A stretch of DNA of 64,000 nucleotides, taken from contig OZ024764.1 of assembly GCA_964016885.1 (NCBI GenBank), positions 7,688,001-7,752,000 of the forward strand. Direction: 5' to 3'. The notes beneath the pieces are model-generated. The model saw nothing but the letters and a program-made list of their open reading frames with translations, did not search any database and had not been told where the DNA came from. Source of the DNA: Eledone cirrhosa (Eukaryota). This document shows, piece by piece, positions 30,483-42,875 of this stretch. Within the stretch, counting starts at the first letter, position 1, and each line of letters begins with the position of its first letter. Made by a program: the position numbers and the translations under genes.

Positions 30483-30712
30483 TTTTATATATATAAACAC
30501 ACACATTATATATATATAGTTATGTAATAAACAATATAAGAAAATTATTTCATTTACCAGTGCTTTCTTGAAAGCAGATATAAATATCTGCTTTCAAAAA
30601 ACCACTGGTAATGAAATAATTTTCTTATGTTCTTTATTACATAACTAATAAGCTCTGTAACCTACATAGAGCACTCTTTTCTCCTGTACCTTTCCGACGG
30701 AATTACTTCATT

Positions 30713-30743
<31 letters not shown>

Positions 30744-30791
30744 TAACACACACATTATATATATAGGTAATTATATATATATATATACATC

Positions 30792-30831
30792 CCGAGCTGA
30801 AGATCCGCGAAGGTGAAACAATTGTTCTCGG
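30792..30831 (+). ncRNA. Minimal type-I hammerhead motif, copy 1
   Basis: ccgag-CTGAAGA-tccgcgaaggt-GAAA-caattg-TT-ctcgg; perfect stem I, palindromic stem III. Confidence 0.7.
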
Positions 30832-30966
30832 TATGGTGAACTAACTGTTGTGTAACCACTTCTATATATATATATATATATATAAAAACACAGACATTAT
30901 ATATATATATATATATAAAAACACACACATTATATATATAGGTAATTATATATATATATATACATC

Positions 30967-31006
30967 CCGAGCTGAAGATCCGCGAAGGTGAAACAATTGT
31001 TCTCGG
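30967..31006 (+). ncRNA. Minimal type-I hammerhead motif, copy 2 (identical, 175 nt downstream)
   Basis: Same sequence as 30792-30831. Confidence 0.7.
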
Positions 31007-31645
31007 TATGGTGAACTAACTGTTGTGTAACCACTTCTATATATATATATATATATATATAAACACAGACATTATATATATATGAAATTATATATATATA
31101 TATATATAAAAACACACACATTATATATATAGGTAATATATATATATATAAACACACATATGTACCCCTGAAGAAGGACTTAATTCTGACACCTTGAACT
31201 TTCCTCTTTCAAATATAAGGCGTGAAACTAATAACACTTTTTCTACCTCTGTTTGTTGTCTATATATATATAAATATATAAACCCATGCTAGCGTGGAAG
31301 AACGGACGTAAAACGGTGATGATGATGATGATGATGACACACATTCATCATCATCATCATCATCAGGTTTAGCGTCCGTGTTCCACGCTTGCATGGGTTT
31401 GGACGGGGGTTTTCCCACTTGAGGCAAGAGTGGTTGTCTTGCTCGCATAGGACTGTCTGGCGGGTTTTCTACAGTTGGATGCCCTTCCTAACACCAACCA
31501 CATTTACAGATATATATATATATATATATAATATGTCTATATATATATTATATGTATTATATATATATATATATTTAAACATATACACACATTATATATA
31601 CACTGTTGAATTATTCTACAGTCATAGCTGTAGATGTCTGCCAGA

Positions 31646-31678
31646 CTAACCAAAGCCTTCATCTTGTTCTTCAATTTC
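31646..31678 (-). CDS. GPN3: GPN3 terminal coding exon 8 (EIEEQDEGFG*)
   Basis: Pyrimidine tract + ttgcag acceptor, acidic tail typical of GPN3, TAG stop; total CDS 834 nt = 277 aa. Confidence 0.8.
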   Translation of the reverse strand, partial: EIEEQDEGFG

Positions 31679-31994
31679 CTGCAATGAGAAGAAAGAGTAG
31701 TAGTAATAATAATAATAATTGGTTCTACTTTAGGCACAAGGCCAGCAATTACCCAGTGTATTACTGGTACTTTATTTTATCGACCCCGTAAGGATGAAAG
31801 GCAAAGTTAACCTCGGCGGGATTTGAACTCAGAATGGCAAGGGCCGTAACTCTATGCGTCAAAGCATGGCGTCCGACCCTCTACCGATACTGCCAATCCA
31901 CAATAATAATACAGAAATATCACTACGAGTTACTGTACATATATTATACTAGACCAACTGTGACTGACCAGGTTATACCATCTCTCTTTAAATT

Positions 31995-33025
31995 TTGAGA
32001 GAGAAACTGTGTATAAGAGGGATAAGCTGTGGTGTGCGGGAGAGAAGACTCTGATGGTATGGACATGTGATGTGTTGAGAGAGAAACTGTGTATAAGAGA
32101 GATAAGTTGTAGTGTGTGGGAGAGATGACTGAGATGGTATGGACATGTGATGTGTTGAGAGAGAAACTGTGTATAAGAGAGATAAGTTGTAGTGTGTGGG
32201 AGAGATGACTGAGATGGTATGGACATGTGATGTGTTGAGAGAGAAACTGTGTATAAGAGAGATAAGTTGTAGTGTGTGGGAGAGATGACTGAGATGGTAT
32301 GGACATGTGATGTGTTGAGAGAGAAACTGTGTATAAGAGAGATAAGTTGTAGTGTGTGGGAGAGATGACTGAGATGGTATGGACATGTGATGTGTTGAGA
32401 GAGAAACTGTGTATAAGAGGGATAAGTTGTGGTGTGTGGGAGAGAAGACTGAGATGGTATGGACATGTGATGTGTTGAGAGAGAAACTGTGTATAAGAGG
32501 GATAAGTTGTGGTGTGTTGGAGAGAAGACTGAGATGGTATGGACATGTGATGTGTTGAGAGAGAAACTGTGTATAAGAGGGATAAGTTGTAGTGTGTGGG
32601 AGAGAAGACTGAGATGGTATGGACATGTGATGTGTTGAGAGAGAAACTGTGTATAAGAGAGATAAGTTGTAGTGTGTGGGAGAGATGACTGAGATGGTAT
32701 GGACATGTGATGTGTTGAGAGAGAAACTGTGTATAAGAGGGATAAGTTGTGGTGTGTTGGAGAGAAGACTGAGATGGTATGGACATGTGATGTGTTGAGA
32801 GAGAAACTGTGTATAAGAGGGATAAGTTGTAGTGTGTGGGAGAGAAGACTGAGATGGTATGGACATGTGATGTGTTGAGAGAGAAACTGTGTATAAGAGG
32901 GATAAGTTTTAGTGTGTGGGAGAGAAGACTGAGATGGTATGGACATGTGATGTGTTGAGAGAGAAACTGTGTATAAGAGGGATAAGTTGTGGTGTGCGGG
33001 AGAGAAGACTGAGATGGTATGGACG
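31995..33025 (+). repeat. 80-bp tandem array (about 13 copies) from RTE coding sequence, in GPN3 intron 7
   Basis: Unit corresponds to LREKLCIRGISCSVWERRLRWYGHVM; continues into the unique RTE 3' end to 33245. Confidence 0.92.
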
Positions 33026-33411
33026 ATGACTGATGGGTGAAGAAGTGCCAGGAAGTCCCGGTGGAGGGAAGACACAGTAGAGGAAGACCACAAAAAACAT
33101 GGGTGGAGATGGTGAGAGCAGAACTCAGATCGCTGAAAATCACGGAGGAGATGACGAAGGACCGTGACAAGTGGAGAGATGCTGTGCTGAATAGGACCCG
33201 TCCCACCCTTGCAAGCAGGGAAAAGCGGACATAAAATGATGATGATATATATCATCATTATCATTTTACGTCTACTTTTTCCTGCTTGCCTTGGCAGGAT
33301 GGGTCCTATTCAGCACAGCATCTCTCCACCCGTCACAGTCCTACTAGTTACTGTATATATATCATATATTGTAAGATATATATATACAATATACACATAT
33401 AGACTACTAAC

Positions 33412-33546
33412 CTTTGGTTCCTTAGGTTCGAGGTCTTCGCCATATTGTATGGCCATGTCCACCTGAAGTAAGATATCATTGAGACTGTCATTGTCGTCTT
33501 CACTGATGTCCAAAGGCATAAAACACACCAGGCCGTAGTCATCTAT
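33412..33546 (-). CDS. GPN3: GPN3 exon 7 (IDDYGLVCFMPLD...DMAIQYGEDLEPKEPK)
   Basis: Conserved IDDY..V.F.P and QYGEDLE.KEPK; tacag acceptor, gttag donor; 135 nt. Confidence 0.96.
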
Positions 33547-34240
33547 CTGTAATAGACATAACACTCGTTAGGACACTTAACACATCTGGATATAGTCATC
33601 TATCTGTAATAGACATAACACTCGTTAGGACACTTAACACATCTGGATATAGTCATCTATCTGTAATAGACATAACACTCGTTAGGACACTTAACACATC
33701 TGGATATAGTCATCTATCTGTAATAGACATAACACTCGTTAGGACACTTAACACATCTGGATATAGTCATCTATCTGTAATAGACATAACACTCGTTAGG
33801 ACACATAACACATCTGGATATAGTCATCTATCTGTAATAGACATAACACTCGTTAGGACACTTAACACATCTGGATATAGTCATCTATCTGTAATAGACA
33901 TAACACTCGTTAGGACACTTAACACACCTGGACATAGTTGTCTACCTGTAATAGACATTACACTCGTTAGGACACTTAACACACCTGGACATAGTTGTCT
34001 ACCTGTAATAGACATAACACTCGTTAGGACACTTAACACACCTGGACATAGTTGTCTACTTGTATTAGACATAACACTCGTTAGGACACTTAACACACCT
34101 GGACATAGTTGTCTACTTGTATTAGACATAACACTCGTTAGGACACTTAACACACCTGGACATAGTTGTCTACTTGTATTAGACATAACACTCGTTAGGA
34201 CACTTAACACACCTGGACATAGTTGTCTACCTGTAATAGA
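33536..34240. repeat. 57-bp tandem array built from the GPN3 intron 6/exon 7 junction
   Basis: Period 57; the last unit overlaps the real acceptor. Confidence 0.92.
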
Positions 34241-34714
34241 AATAACTGTCTTGTTAGAACATAACCGAGGTCGTATTACTGGTACTCATGTTCACCTGAG
34301 TATACTAGACATAGTCGTTTACCTGTAATAAGAGCAATGATTGTTAATTCAGGCACAAGGTCAGCAATTTTGGGAGAGTGGAAAGTAAGTCAATTAAATC
34401 AACCCCAGTACGTTACTGGTATTTTATTTTATCGACCCTCGTAAGGATGAAAGGCAAAGTTAACGATTGCAGGATTTGAACTCAGAACACAAAGGGCCAT
34501 AACTCTATGCCACAAAGCATGTTGTCTGACGCTCTACCGAAAATACCAATCCACTGGATTGGTATTTTCAGTAGTGCGAGGAATAATAACACTTGTTAGG
34601 CTATTTAACACACCTGAATACAGTCGTATACCTGTAATGGAAATAACAATCTTGTTAGAACATAATATACCACGCTATAGTTATCTAAAAACAAGTCTAA
34701 AGTCTGTGACAAAC

Positions 34715-35730
34715 CCGAGGTTCATCCGGCCGATGCTTGTCCTAGTTTCTGTGGTGTGAGGTGACTAAGAGTACAAGACTTCCCCTGGACAGGACACCAG
34801 TCCATCAAAGGTTTAAACCCCAGCTGTTGCTGGTGCTTATCTCGGTTTCGTGGAGTGAAGCGACTGAGAGTACAAGACTTCCCCCTGGACAGGACGTCAG
34901 TCCATTGCAGGGTTAAACTCCCAGTTACTGCTGGTACTTGTCCCGGTTTCATGGTATGAAGCGACTGAGGGTACAAGACTTCCCCCTGGACAGGACACCA
35001 GTCCATCAAAGGTTTAAACCCCAGCTGTTGCTGGGGCTTATCTCGGTTTCGTGGCGTGAAGCGACTGAGGGTACAAGACTTCCACCTGGACAGGACGCCA
35101 GTCCATTGCAAGGTTAAACTCCCAGTTACTGCTGGTGCTTGCCCCGGTTTCATGGCATGAAGCGACTGAGGGTACAAGACTCCCTCCTGGATAGGACGCC
35201 AGTCCATCGCAGGGTTAAACTCCCAGTTACTGCTGGTGCTTGCCCCGGTTTCATGGCGTGAAGCAACTGAGGGTACAAGACTCCCTCCTGGACAGGACGC
35301 CAGTCCATTGCAGGGTTATGTAAAGTATATATATAATGTTAAGTTAAAGTCTGTCTGAAGCCAGAAGGGTTGTTAGGCTGGTGCTTATCCCGGTTTCACG
35401 GTGTGAAGCCACAGAGTACAAGACTTTCCCCCTGGACAGGACGCCAGTCCATCGCAGGGTTAAACTCCCAGCTATTGCTGGTGCTTGCCCCGGTTTCGTG
35501 GCATGAAGCGACTGAGAGTACAAGACTTCCCCCTGGACAGGACACCAGTCCATCGCAAGGTTAAACTCCCAGCTTTTGCCAGTGCTTATCCCGGTTTTCA
35601 TAGTGTGTAGCCACATAGGACAAGACTTCCCCTTGGACAGGACGCCAGTCCATCGCAGGGTTAAACTCTCCAGCTATTGCTGGTTCTTATTTTCAGCTGA
35701 GTATACAGGAGCAATGTGAAATGAAGACAC
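34715..35730 (-). repeat. About 121-bp tandem copies (about 8) of a third SINE body
   Basis: Repeated ccctgcgatggactggcgtcctgtccagggg...gtcgcttcatgccacgaaaccggg on the minus strand. Confidence 0.8.
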
Positions 35731-35737
35731 CACTTAC

Positions 35738-35837
35738 CATCTGAGCCATCAAGGCGTTCATCTTGAGAAACTTTTGCCCATGTTTTTTCTCGTTAAATTC
35801 CTCGTTTAGCAAAGTTGTCATATCAGGTTCCAGGTAT
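35738..35837 (-). CDS. GPN3: GPN3 exon 6 (YLEPDMTTLLNEEFNEKKHGQKFLKMNALMAQM)
   Basis: tag acceptor, gtaag donor; 100 nt; frame continuous with exons 5 and 7; resembles FLDPD...KFKKL region of GPN3. Confidence 0.93.
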
Positions 35838-36862
35838 CTACAACAACAACAATTAAGGGCAGAGTCAATTAAGGGCAGAGTCAATGAAGGTAACAACAAT
35901 TCATTTTAATTACGGCAATAATACTATACTTTATTTTATAATTGTTTACATTTATGTATATATGTCTTTTTTTTCTGTCATCATCATCATCATCATCATC
36001 ATTTTACGTCCGCTTTTCCCTGCTTGCAAGGGTGGGACGGGAACTGATTCTGGCTTGGTTTCTACAGCTGGATGCCCTTCCTAACACCAACCTCATTTAC
36101 AGTGAGGGCTGGGTGCTTTTTTGATGTGCCACCTCCACGACCACTTTGCAGTGGAATGATAGGGACCCCAGTCCCTATCATCTCATTTCTACAGCTGAGT
36201 AAACTGGAGCAATGTGAAATAAAGTGTCTTGCTCAAGGAAACAACACATCACCCGGTCAGAGAATTGAACTCACAACCTTTCGATTGCAAGGCCAATGCT
36301 CTAACCACTAAGCCATGTGCCAAAGTATATAATGTATACAAAGTATATAAAGTATATTAAGTATATAAAGTATATAATGTATATAAAGTATATAATTTAT
36401 ATAAAGTATATAATTTATATAAAGTATATAAAGTTTCGATGTATTAGTAAAATCCATCTTATCAAATGTTGAGTATTACAATTAAAAAGAATTAATAAGA
36501 ATTAAAAACTAAAAATTTTAAATTAAGAGGTAAGTTTTTTTCCATCTTCCTTGCTGAGAAGGAGACTGGAGAATGAACTCAAAGGAAAAAAAAAAGAAAA
36601 ACAGACCCTAAAATATTATTTCCGTGCTATATCCAACTTCGCCTTTTCTCTCTCTCTCTATATATATATATGTGTATATACAATATATTAACAAATGGAA
36701 ACTATATTTATAAAACCATATTTATTTTATTATACATATCTCAAGGGCCACCAAGGCAAATTATGGTGCACTTTCATCAGAGAAAATACAATACAGATTA
36801 GTTTTATAAATAAATATTGACATACCCTGAAAAAAAGACAACAATAAAACTAATCTGTATTG

Positions 36863-36928
36863 TATTTTATCTGATGAAAGCGCACCATAATTTGCCTTGG
36901 TGGCCCTTGAAATATGTATAATAAAATA
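36863..36928 (+). ncRNA. Type-I hammerhead-like motif in an inverted repeat (36678-36975) in GPN3 intron 5
   Basis: tattttat-CTGATGA-aagcgcacca...tggtggccctt-GAAA-tatgta-TA-ataaaata; the opposite arm has GAGA instead of GAAA. Confidence 0.62.
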
Positions 36929-37061
36929 AATATGGTTTTATAAATATAGTTTCCATTTGTTAATATATTGTATATTTACTCCAAAAAATTGTTGAGTGCT
37001 TTATATCAGTTATAAAAATATTTTTAAGCTTGTTGTATCCCAACAAATTAAATATAACCTC

Positions 37062-37117
<56 letters not shown>

Positions 37118-37470
37118 TGGCTTAGTGGTTAGAGCATTGGCAATCGAAAGGTTGTGAGTTCAATTCTCAGACCGGGTGATGTGTTGTTTCCTTGAGCAAG
37201 ACACTTTATTTCACATTGCTCCAGTTTACTCAGCTGTAGAAATGAGATGATAGGGACTGGGGTCCCTATCATTCCACTGCAAAGTGGTCATGGAGGTGCC
37301 ACGGCAATATAAGCACCCAGCACTCACTGTAAATGAGGTTGGTGGTGTTAGGAAGGGCATCAGTTCCCGTCCCTACCTTTGCAAGCAGGTAAAAAGCGGA
37401 CGTATGATGATGATAATGATGATGATGATGATGATATATATATAGGAGAAGAAGGAGGATTAACACTCAC

Positions 37471-37711
37471 CTCTCCAGCTGTTTCTTGGCTTTCTTGCTG
37501 AGCAAGTCCACCTTGGTCATCACGTTGACGTGCGCCGTCTCCAGTGTAACCATGGCGGACAAGGCTGACAGGACGCCGCTGATAAACTTGGACGACTCAA
37601 CCATGAACTGAGAATCGATGCAGAACACTGCACACAGGTTGAAGTTCCACTTCTGAAGCGTGTCGACAATACGTCTCATGACGGGGATGTGCGTGTACAG
37701 CTCGATTTGGC
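37471..37711 (-). CDS. GPN3: GPN3 exon 5 ([10 protein letters not shown]...[15 protein letters not shown])
   Basis: QIELYTH and TKxD (G4) motifs; cag acceptor, gtgag donor; 241 nt. Confidence 0.97.
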
Positions 37712-38254
37712 CTGTGGTGGTGGGGAGGAGGGGGAGAAAAAGAAGAAGGAGAACGAGAATATGAGAGAGAGGGAGGCTGTCTGGGGTGGGGCAAGGGTGA
37801 GGGGAGGAATATGGAGTGTGTTGGGTGAAGTTGTTGACGGTGGGGAAGAGCATTGTGGTGTGGGTGTGGGGTGAGCTGGGAATTGTGAGGTGGGGGTGGG
37901 AAGGGGGGACAGTTGGGGGGGGGGAGAAAAAGAAGAAGGAGAACAAGAATATGAGAGAGAGGGAGGCTGTCTGGGGTGGGGCAAGGGTGAGGGGAGGAAT
38001 ATGGAGTGTGTGGGGTGAAGTGGTTGACGGTGGGGAAGGGTATTGTGGTGTGGGTGTGGGGTTAGCTGGGAATTGTGAGGTGGGGGGGGGGGGGGGCAGT
38101 TGGGTGGGGGGGGGGGGTGGAAGAGGAACAGTGGGGTAGGGGTGAGCTGGGAACAGTGGATGATGGGGTGAGAGTGAATGTGAGGGGCTGGTGACGAGGG
38201 TGAGAGGGTATATGGGGAAGAAGATGTGAGAAGGCAAATGAGATGGGTGGTTTG

Positions 38255-41200
38255 TGTAGGTGTCACAACAAAAAGCACCCAGTCCACACTGTAAAGTGGT
38301 CATGTAGGTGTCACAACAAAAAGTACCCAGTCCACACTGTAAGGTGGTCATGTAGGTGTCACAACAAACAACACCCAGTCCCCACTGTAAAGTGGTCATG
38401 TAGGTGTCACAACAAAAAGTACCCAGTCCACACTGTAAAGTGGTCATGTAGGTGTCACAACAAAAAGCACCCAGTCCACACAGTAAAGTGGTCATGTAGG
38501 TGTCACAACAAAAAGTACCCAGTCCACACTGTAAAGGGGTCATGTAGGTGTCACAACAAAAAGTACCCAGTCCACACTGTAAAGTGGTCATGTAGGTGTC
38601 ACAACAAAAAGTACCCAGTCCACACTGTAAAGTGGTCATGTAGGTGTCACAACAAAAAGTACCCAGTCCACACTGTAAAGTGGTCATGTAGGTGTCACAA
38701 CAAAAAGTACCCAGTCCACACTGTAAAGTGGTCATGTAGGTGTCACAACAAAAAGTACCCAGTCCACACTGTAAAGTGGTCATGTAGGTGTCACAACAAA
38801 AAGTACCCAGTCCACACTGTAAAGTGGTCATGTAGGTATCACAACAAACAACACCCAGTCCACACTGTAAAGTGGTCATGTAGGTGTCACAACAAACAGT
38901 ACCCAGTCCACGCTGTAAAGTGGTCATGTAGGTGTCACAACAAAAAGTACCCAGTCCACACTGTAAAGTGGTCATGTAGGTGTCACAACAAACAACACCC
39001 AGTCTACACTGTAAAGTGGTCATGTAGGTGTCACAACAAACAGTACCCAGTCCACACTGTAAAGTGGTCATGTAGGTGTCACAACAAACAACACCCAGTC
39101 TACACTGTAAAGTGGTCATGTAGGTGTCACAACAAACAGTACCCAGTCCACACTGTAAAGTGGTCATGTAGGTGTCACAACAAAAAGTACCCAGTCCACA
39201 CTGTAAAGTGGTTATGTAGGTGTCACAACAAAAAACACCCAGTCCACACTGTAAAGTGGTCATGTAGGTGTCACAACAAACAACACCCAGTCCACACTGT
39301 AAAGTGGTCATGTAGGTGTCACAACAAACAACACCCAGTCCACACTGTAAAGTGGTCATGTAGGTGTCACAACAAAAAGTACCCAGTCCACACTGTAAAG
39401 TGGTCATGTAGGTGTCACAACAAAAAGTACCCAGTCCACACTGTAAAGTGGTCATGTAGGTGTCACAACAAACAACACCCAGTCTACACTGTAAAGTGGT
39501 CATGTAGGTGTCACAACAAACAGTACCCAGTCCACACTGTAAAGTGGTCATGTAGGTGTCACAACAAAAAGAACCCAGTCCACACTGTAAAGTGGTCATG
39601 TAGGTGTCACAACAAACAACACCCAGTCCACACTGTAAAGTGGTCATGTAGGTGTCACAACAAAAAGTACCCAGTCCACACTGTAAAGTGGTCATGTAGG
39701 TGTCACAACAAAAAGTACCCAGTCCACACTGTAAAGTGGTCATGTAGGTGTCACAACAAAAAGTACCCAGTCCACACTGTAAAGTGGTCATGTAGGTGTC
39801 ACAACAAAAAGTACCCAGTCCACACTGTAAAGTGGTCATGTAGGTGTCACAACAAACAACACCCAGTCCACACTGTAAAGTGGTCATGTAGGTGTCACAA
39901 CAAACAGTACCCAGTCCACACTGTAAAGTGGTCATGTAGGTGTCACAACAAAAAGTACCCAGTCCACACTGTAAAGTGGTCATGTAGGTGTCACAACAAA
40001 CAACACCCAGTCTACACTGTAAAGTGGTCATGTAGGTGTCACAACAAACAGTACCCAGTCCACACTGTAAAGTGGTCATGTAGGTGTCACAACAAACAAC
40101 ACCCAGTCTACACTGTAAAGTGGTCATGTAGGTGTCACAACAAACAGTACCCAGTCCACACTGTAAAGTGGTCATGTAGGTGTCACAACAAAAAGTACCC
40201 AGTCCACACTGTAAAGTGGTTATGTAGGTGTCACAACAAAAAACACCCAGTCCACACTGTAAAGTGGTCATGTAGGTGTCACAACAAACAACACCCAGTC
40301 CACACTGTAAAGTGGTCATGTAGGTGTCACAACAAACAACACCCAGTCCACACTGTAAAGTGGTCATGTAGGTGTCACAACAAAAAGTACCCAGTCCACA
40401 CTGTAAAGTGGTCATGTAGGTGTCACAACAAAAAGTACCCAGTCCACACTGTAAAGTGGTCATGTAGGTGTCACAACAAACAACACCCAGTCTACACTGT
40501 AAAGTGGTCATGTAGGTGTCACAACAAACAGTACCCAGTCCACACTGTAAAGTGGTCATGTAGGTGTCACAACAAAAAGTACCCAGTCCACACTGTAAAG
40601 TGGTCATGTAGGTGTCACAACAAACAACACCCAGTCCACACTGTAAAGTGGTCATGTAGGTGTCACAACAAACAGTACCCAGTCCACACTGTAAAGTGGT
40701 CATGTAGGTGTCACAACAAAAAGTACCCAGTCCACACTGTAAAGTGGTCATGTAGGTGTCACAACAAACAACACCCAGTCTACACTGTAAAGTGGTCATG
40801 TAGGTGTCACAACAAACAGTACCCAGTCCACACTGTAAAGTGGTCATGTAGGTGTCACAACAAAAAGTACCCAGTCCACACTGTAAAGTGGTTATGTAGG
40901 TGTCACAACAAAAAACACCCAGTCCACACTGTAAAGTGGTCATGTAGGTGTCACAACAAACAACACCCAGTCCACACTGTAAAGTGGTCATGTAGGTGTC
41001 ACAACAAACAACACCCAGTCCACACTGTAAAGTGGTCATGTAGGTGTCACAACAAAAAGTACCCAGTCCACACTGTAAAGTGGTCATGTAGGTGTCACAA
41101 CAAAAAACACCCAGTCCACACTGTAAAGTGGTCATGTAGGTGTCACAACAAACAACACCCAGTCCACACTGTAAAGTGGTCATGTAGGTGTCACAACAAA

Positions 41201-41645
41201 AAGTACCCAGTCCACACTGTAATGTGGTTATGTAGGTGTCACAACAAACAACACCCAGTCCACACTGTAAAGTGGTCATGTAGGTGTCACAACAAACAAC
41301 ACCCAGTCCACACTGTAAAGTGGTCATGTAGGTGTCACAACAAAAAGTACCCAGTCCACACTGTAAAGTGGTTATGTAGGTGTCACAACAAACAACACCC
41401 AGTCCACACTGTAAAGTGGTCATGTAGGTGTCACAACAAACAACACCCAGTCCACACTGTAAAGTGGTTATGTAGGTGTCACAACAAACAACACCCAGTC
41501 CACACTGTAGAGTGGCCATGTAGGTGTCACAACAAAAAGTACCCAGTCCACACTGTAAAGTGGTCATGTAGGTGTCACAACAAAAAGCACCCAGTCCACA
41601 CTGTAAAGTGGTCATGTAGGTGTCACAACAAACACCCAGTCCACA
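38255..41645. repeat. 48-bp minisatellite (about 70 copies) in GPN3 intron 4
   Basis: Unit cccagtccacactgtaaagtggtcatgtaggtgtcacaacaaaaagta; related to the 49-mer at 6452-10386. Confidence 0.95.
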
Positions 41646-41741
41646 TTGTTACAACCACCACCACCACCATCATTACCTATGAAAACCATAGGGGACAGTG
41701 TCTGTCACTAGAAATAAGGTAAGGAAAGGGTTCAAACTTAC

Positions 41742-41821
41742 CTGGACAGTCAAAAATAATATAATCATCTTCAATATCATCAATTTGTTCGCTTAACCAG
41801 TCCATGTTCTCAGCCAGGTAC
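41742..41821 (-). CDS. GPN3: GPN3 exon 4 (YLAENMDWLSEQIDDIEDDYIIFDCPG)
   Basis: DCPG (G3) motif; cag/gtaag boundaries; 80 nt. Confidence 0.96.
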
Positions 41822-42169
41822 CTGTACAGGTGAGACAACAGGTGAGGGTGAGGTAGGTAGATAAATGGGAGAGAGTGAGAGTAAAAGAGGAGGTAAAGGT
41901 AGACAGGCAGTAGAGAGATAGATAGAATAAAGAGAGTGAGAGAAAATAGGGTTTAGAGAGTATATATATATATATATATATTTCTTTTTTTTCTTCAAAC
42001 TTGCATTTTAGACTTAGCCCCGTTTAACCCTTTAGTGTTCAAACTGGCCAGAATTCTCTACCTCTTTCTGTTGAAACTGGCTGTAACTGGTCGCTCAAAC
42101 TGATGTTAAGGTATTGTTCTCAAAATAAATACTTTCAAAATCTCATAGATTCAATATTATGTGAGGTAA

Positions 42170-42875
42170 AGCCTTTTTGATCTCCATGTGTCTAGTACAC
42201 ATGGACATGCCTACAAAGTCAGAAAACAGCACAGCTCCCATGACTTTCAGAAACCATTTTTTCACGCTTAGAGTTGCTGAAGCATGGAACAAATTACCTG
42301 CATCAGTTATTAGCTGCCAAGACACTACATCCTTTAAAACCTCCATGGAACAAACTACCTGCATCAGTTGTTAGCTGCCGAGACATTGCATCCTTTAAAA
42401 CCTCCATGGAACAAACTACCTGCATCAGTTGTTAGCTGTCAAGACACTACATCCTTTAAAACCTCCATGGAACAAACTACCTGCATCAGTTGTTAGCTGT
42501 CGAGACACTGCATCCTTTAAAACCTCCATGGAACAAACTCCCTGCATCAGTTGTTAGCTGTCGAGACACTGCATCCTTTAAACCCTCCATGGAACAAACT
42601 CCCTGCATCAGTTGTTAGCTGCCGAGACACTGCATCCTTTAAAACCTCCATGGAACAAACTCCCTGCATCAGTTGTTAGCTGTCGAGACACTGCATCCTT
42701 TAAGGCCTCCATGGAACAAACTACCTGCATCAGTTGTTGGCTGCCAAGACACTACATCCTTTAAAACCTCCATGCTTCCTGAGATTCACCAACACTATAC
42801 CTGATATTGCCCCCTCCATACACACACACACGCATGTATGTATCTGTGTGTGTATATCATGACTCATACACTGTT
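42170..42875 (+). mobile_element. CR1 LINE 3' end with an internal 61-bp array (about 8 copies)
   Basis: NHFFTLRVAEAWNKLPASV; same family as 3200-3955. Confidence 0.85.

Noticed and set aside
31930-33264. His/Ser-rich 290-440 aa ORFs
   Set aside because: Antisense reading of the 80-bp RTE-derived array in GPN3 intron 7.
37467-41615. 1382-aa Cys-rich repeat ORF fused to a GPN domain (and the 1159-aa ORF on the opposite strand)
   Set aside because: The 48-bp SINE-derived unit is a multiple of 3 and stop-free by chance on both strands; it lies in GPN3 intron 4, which has proper splice sites at 41742 and 37711.
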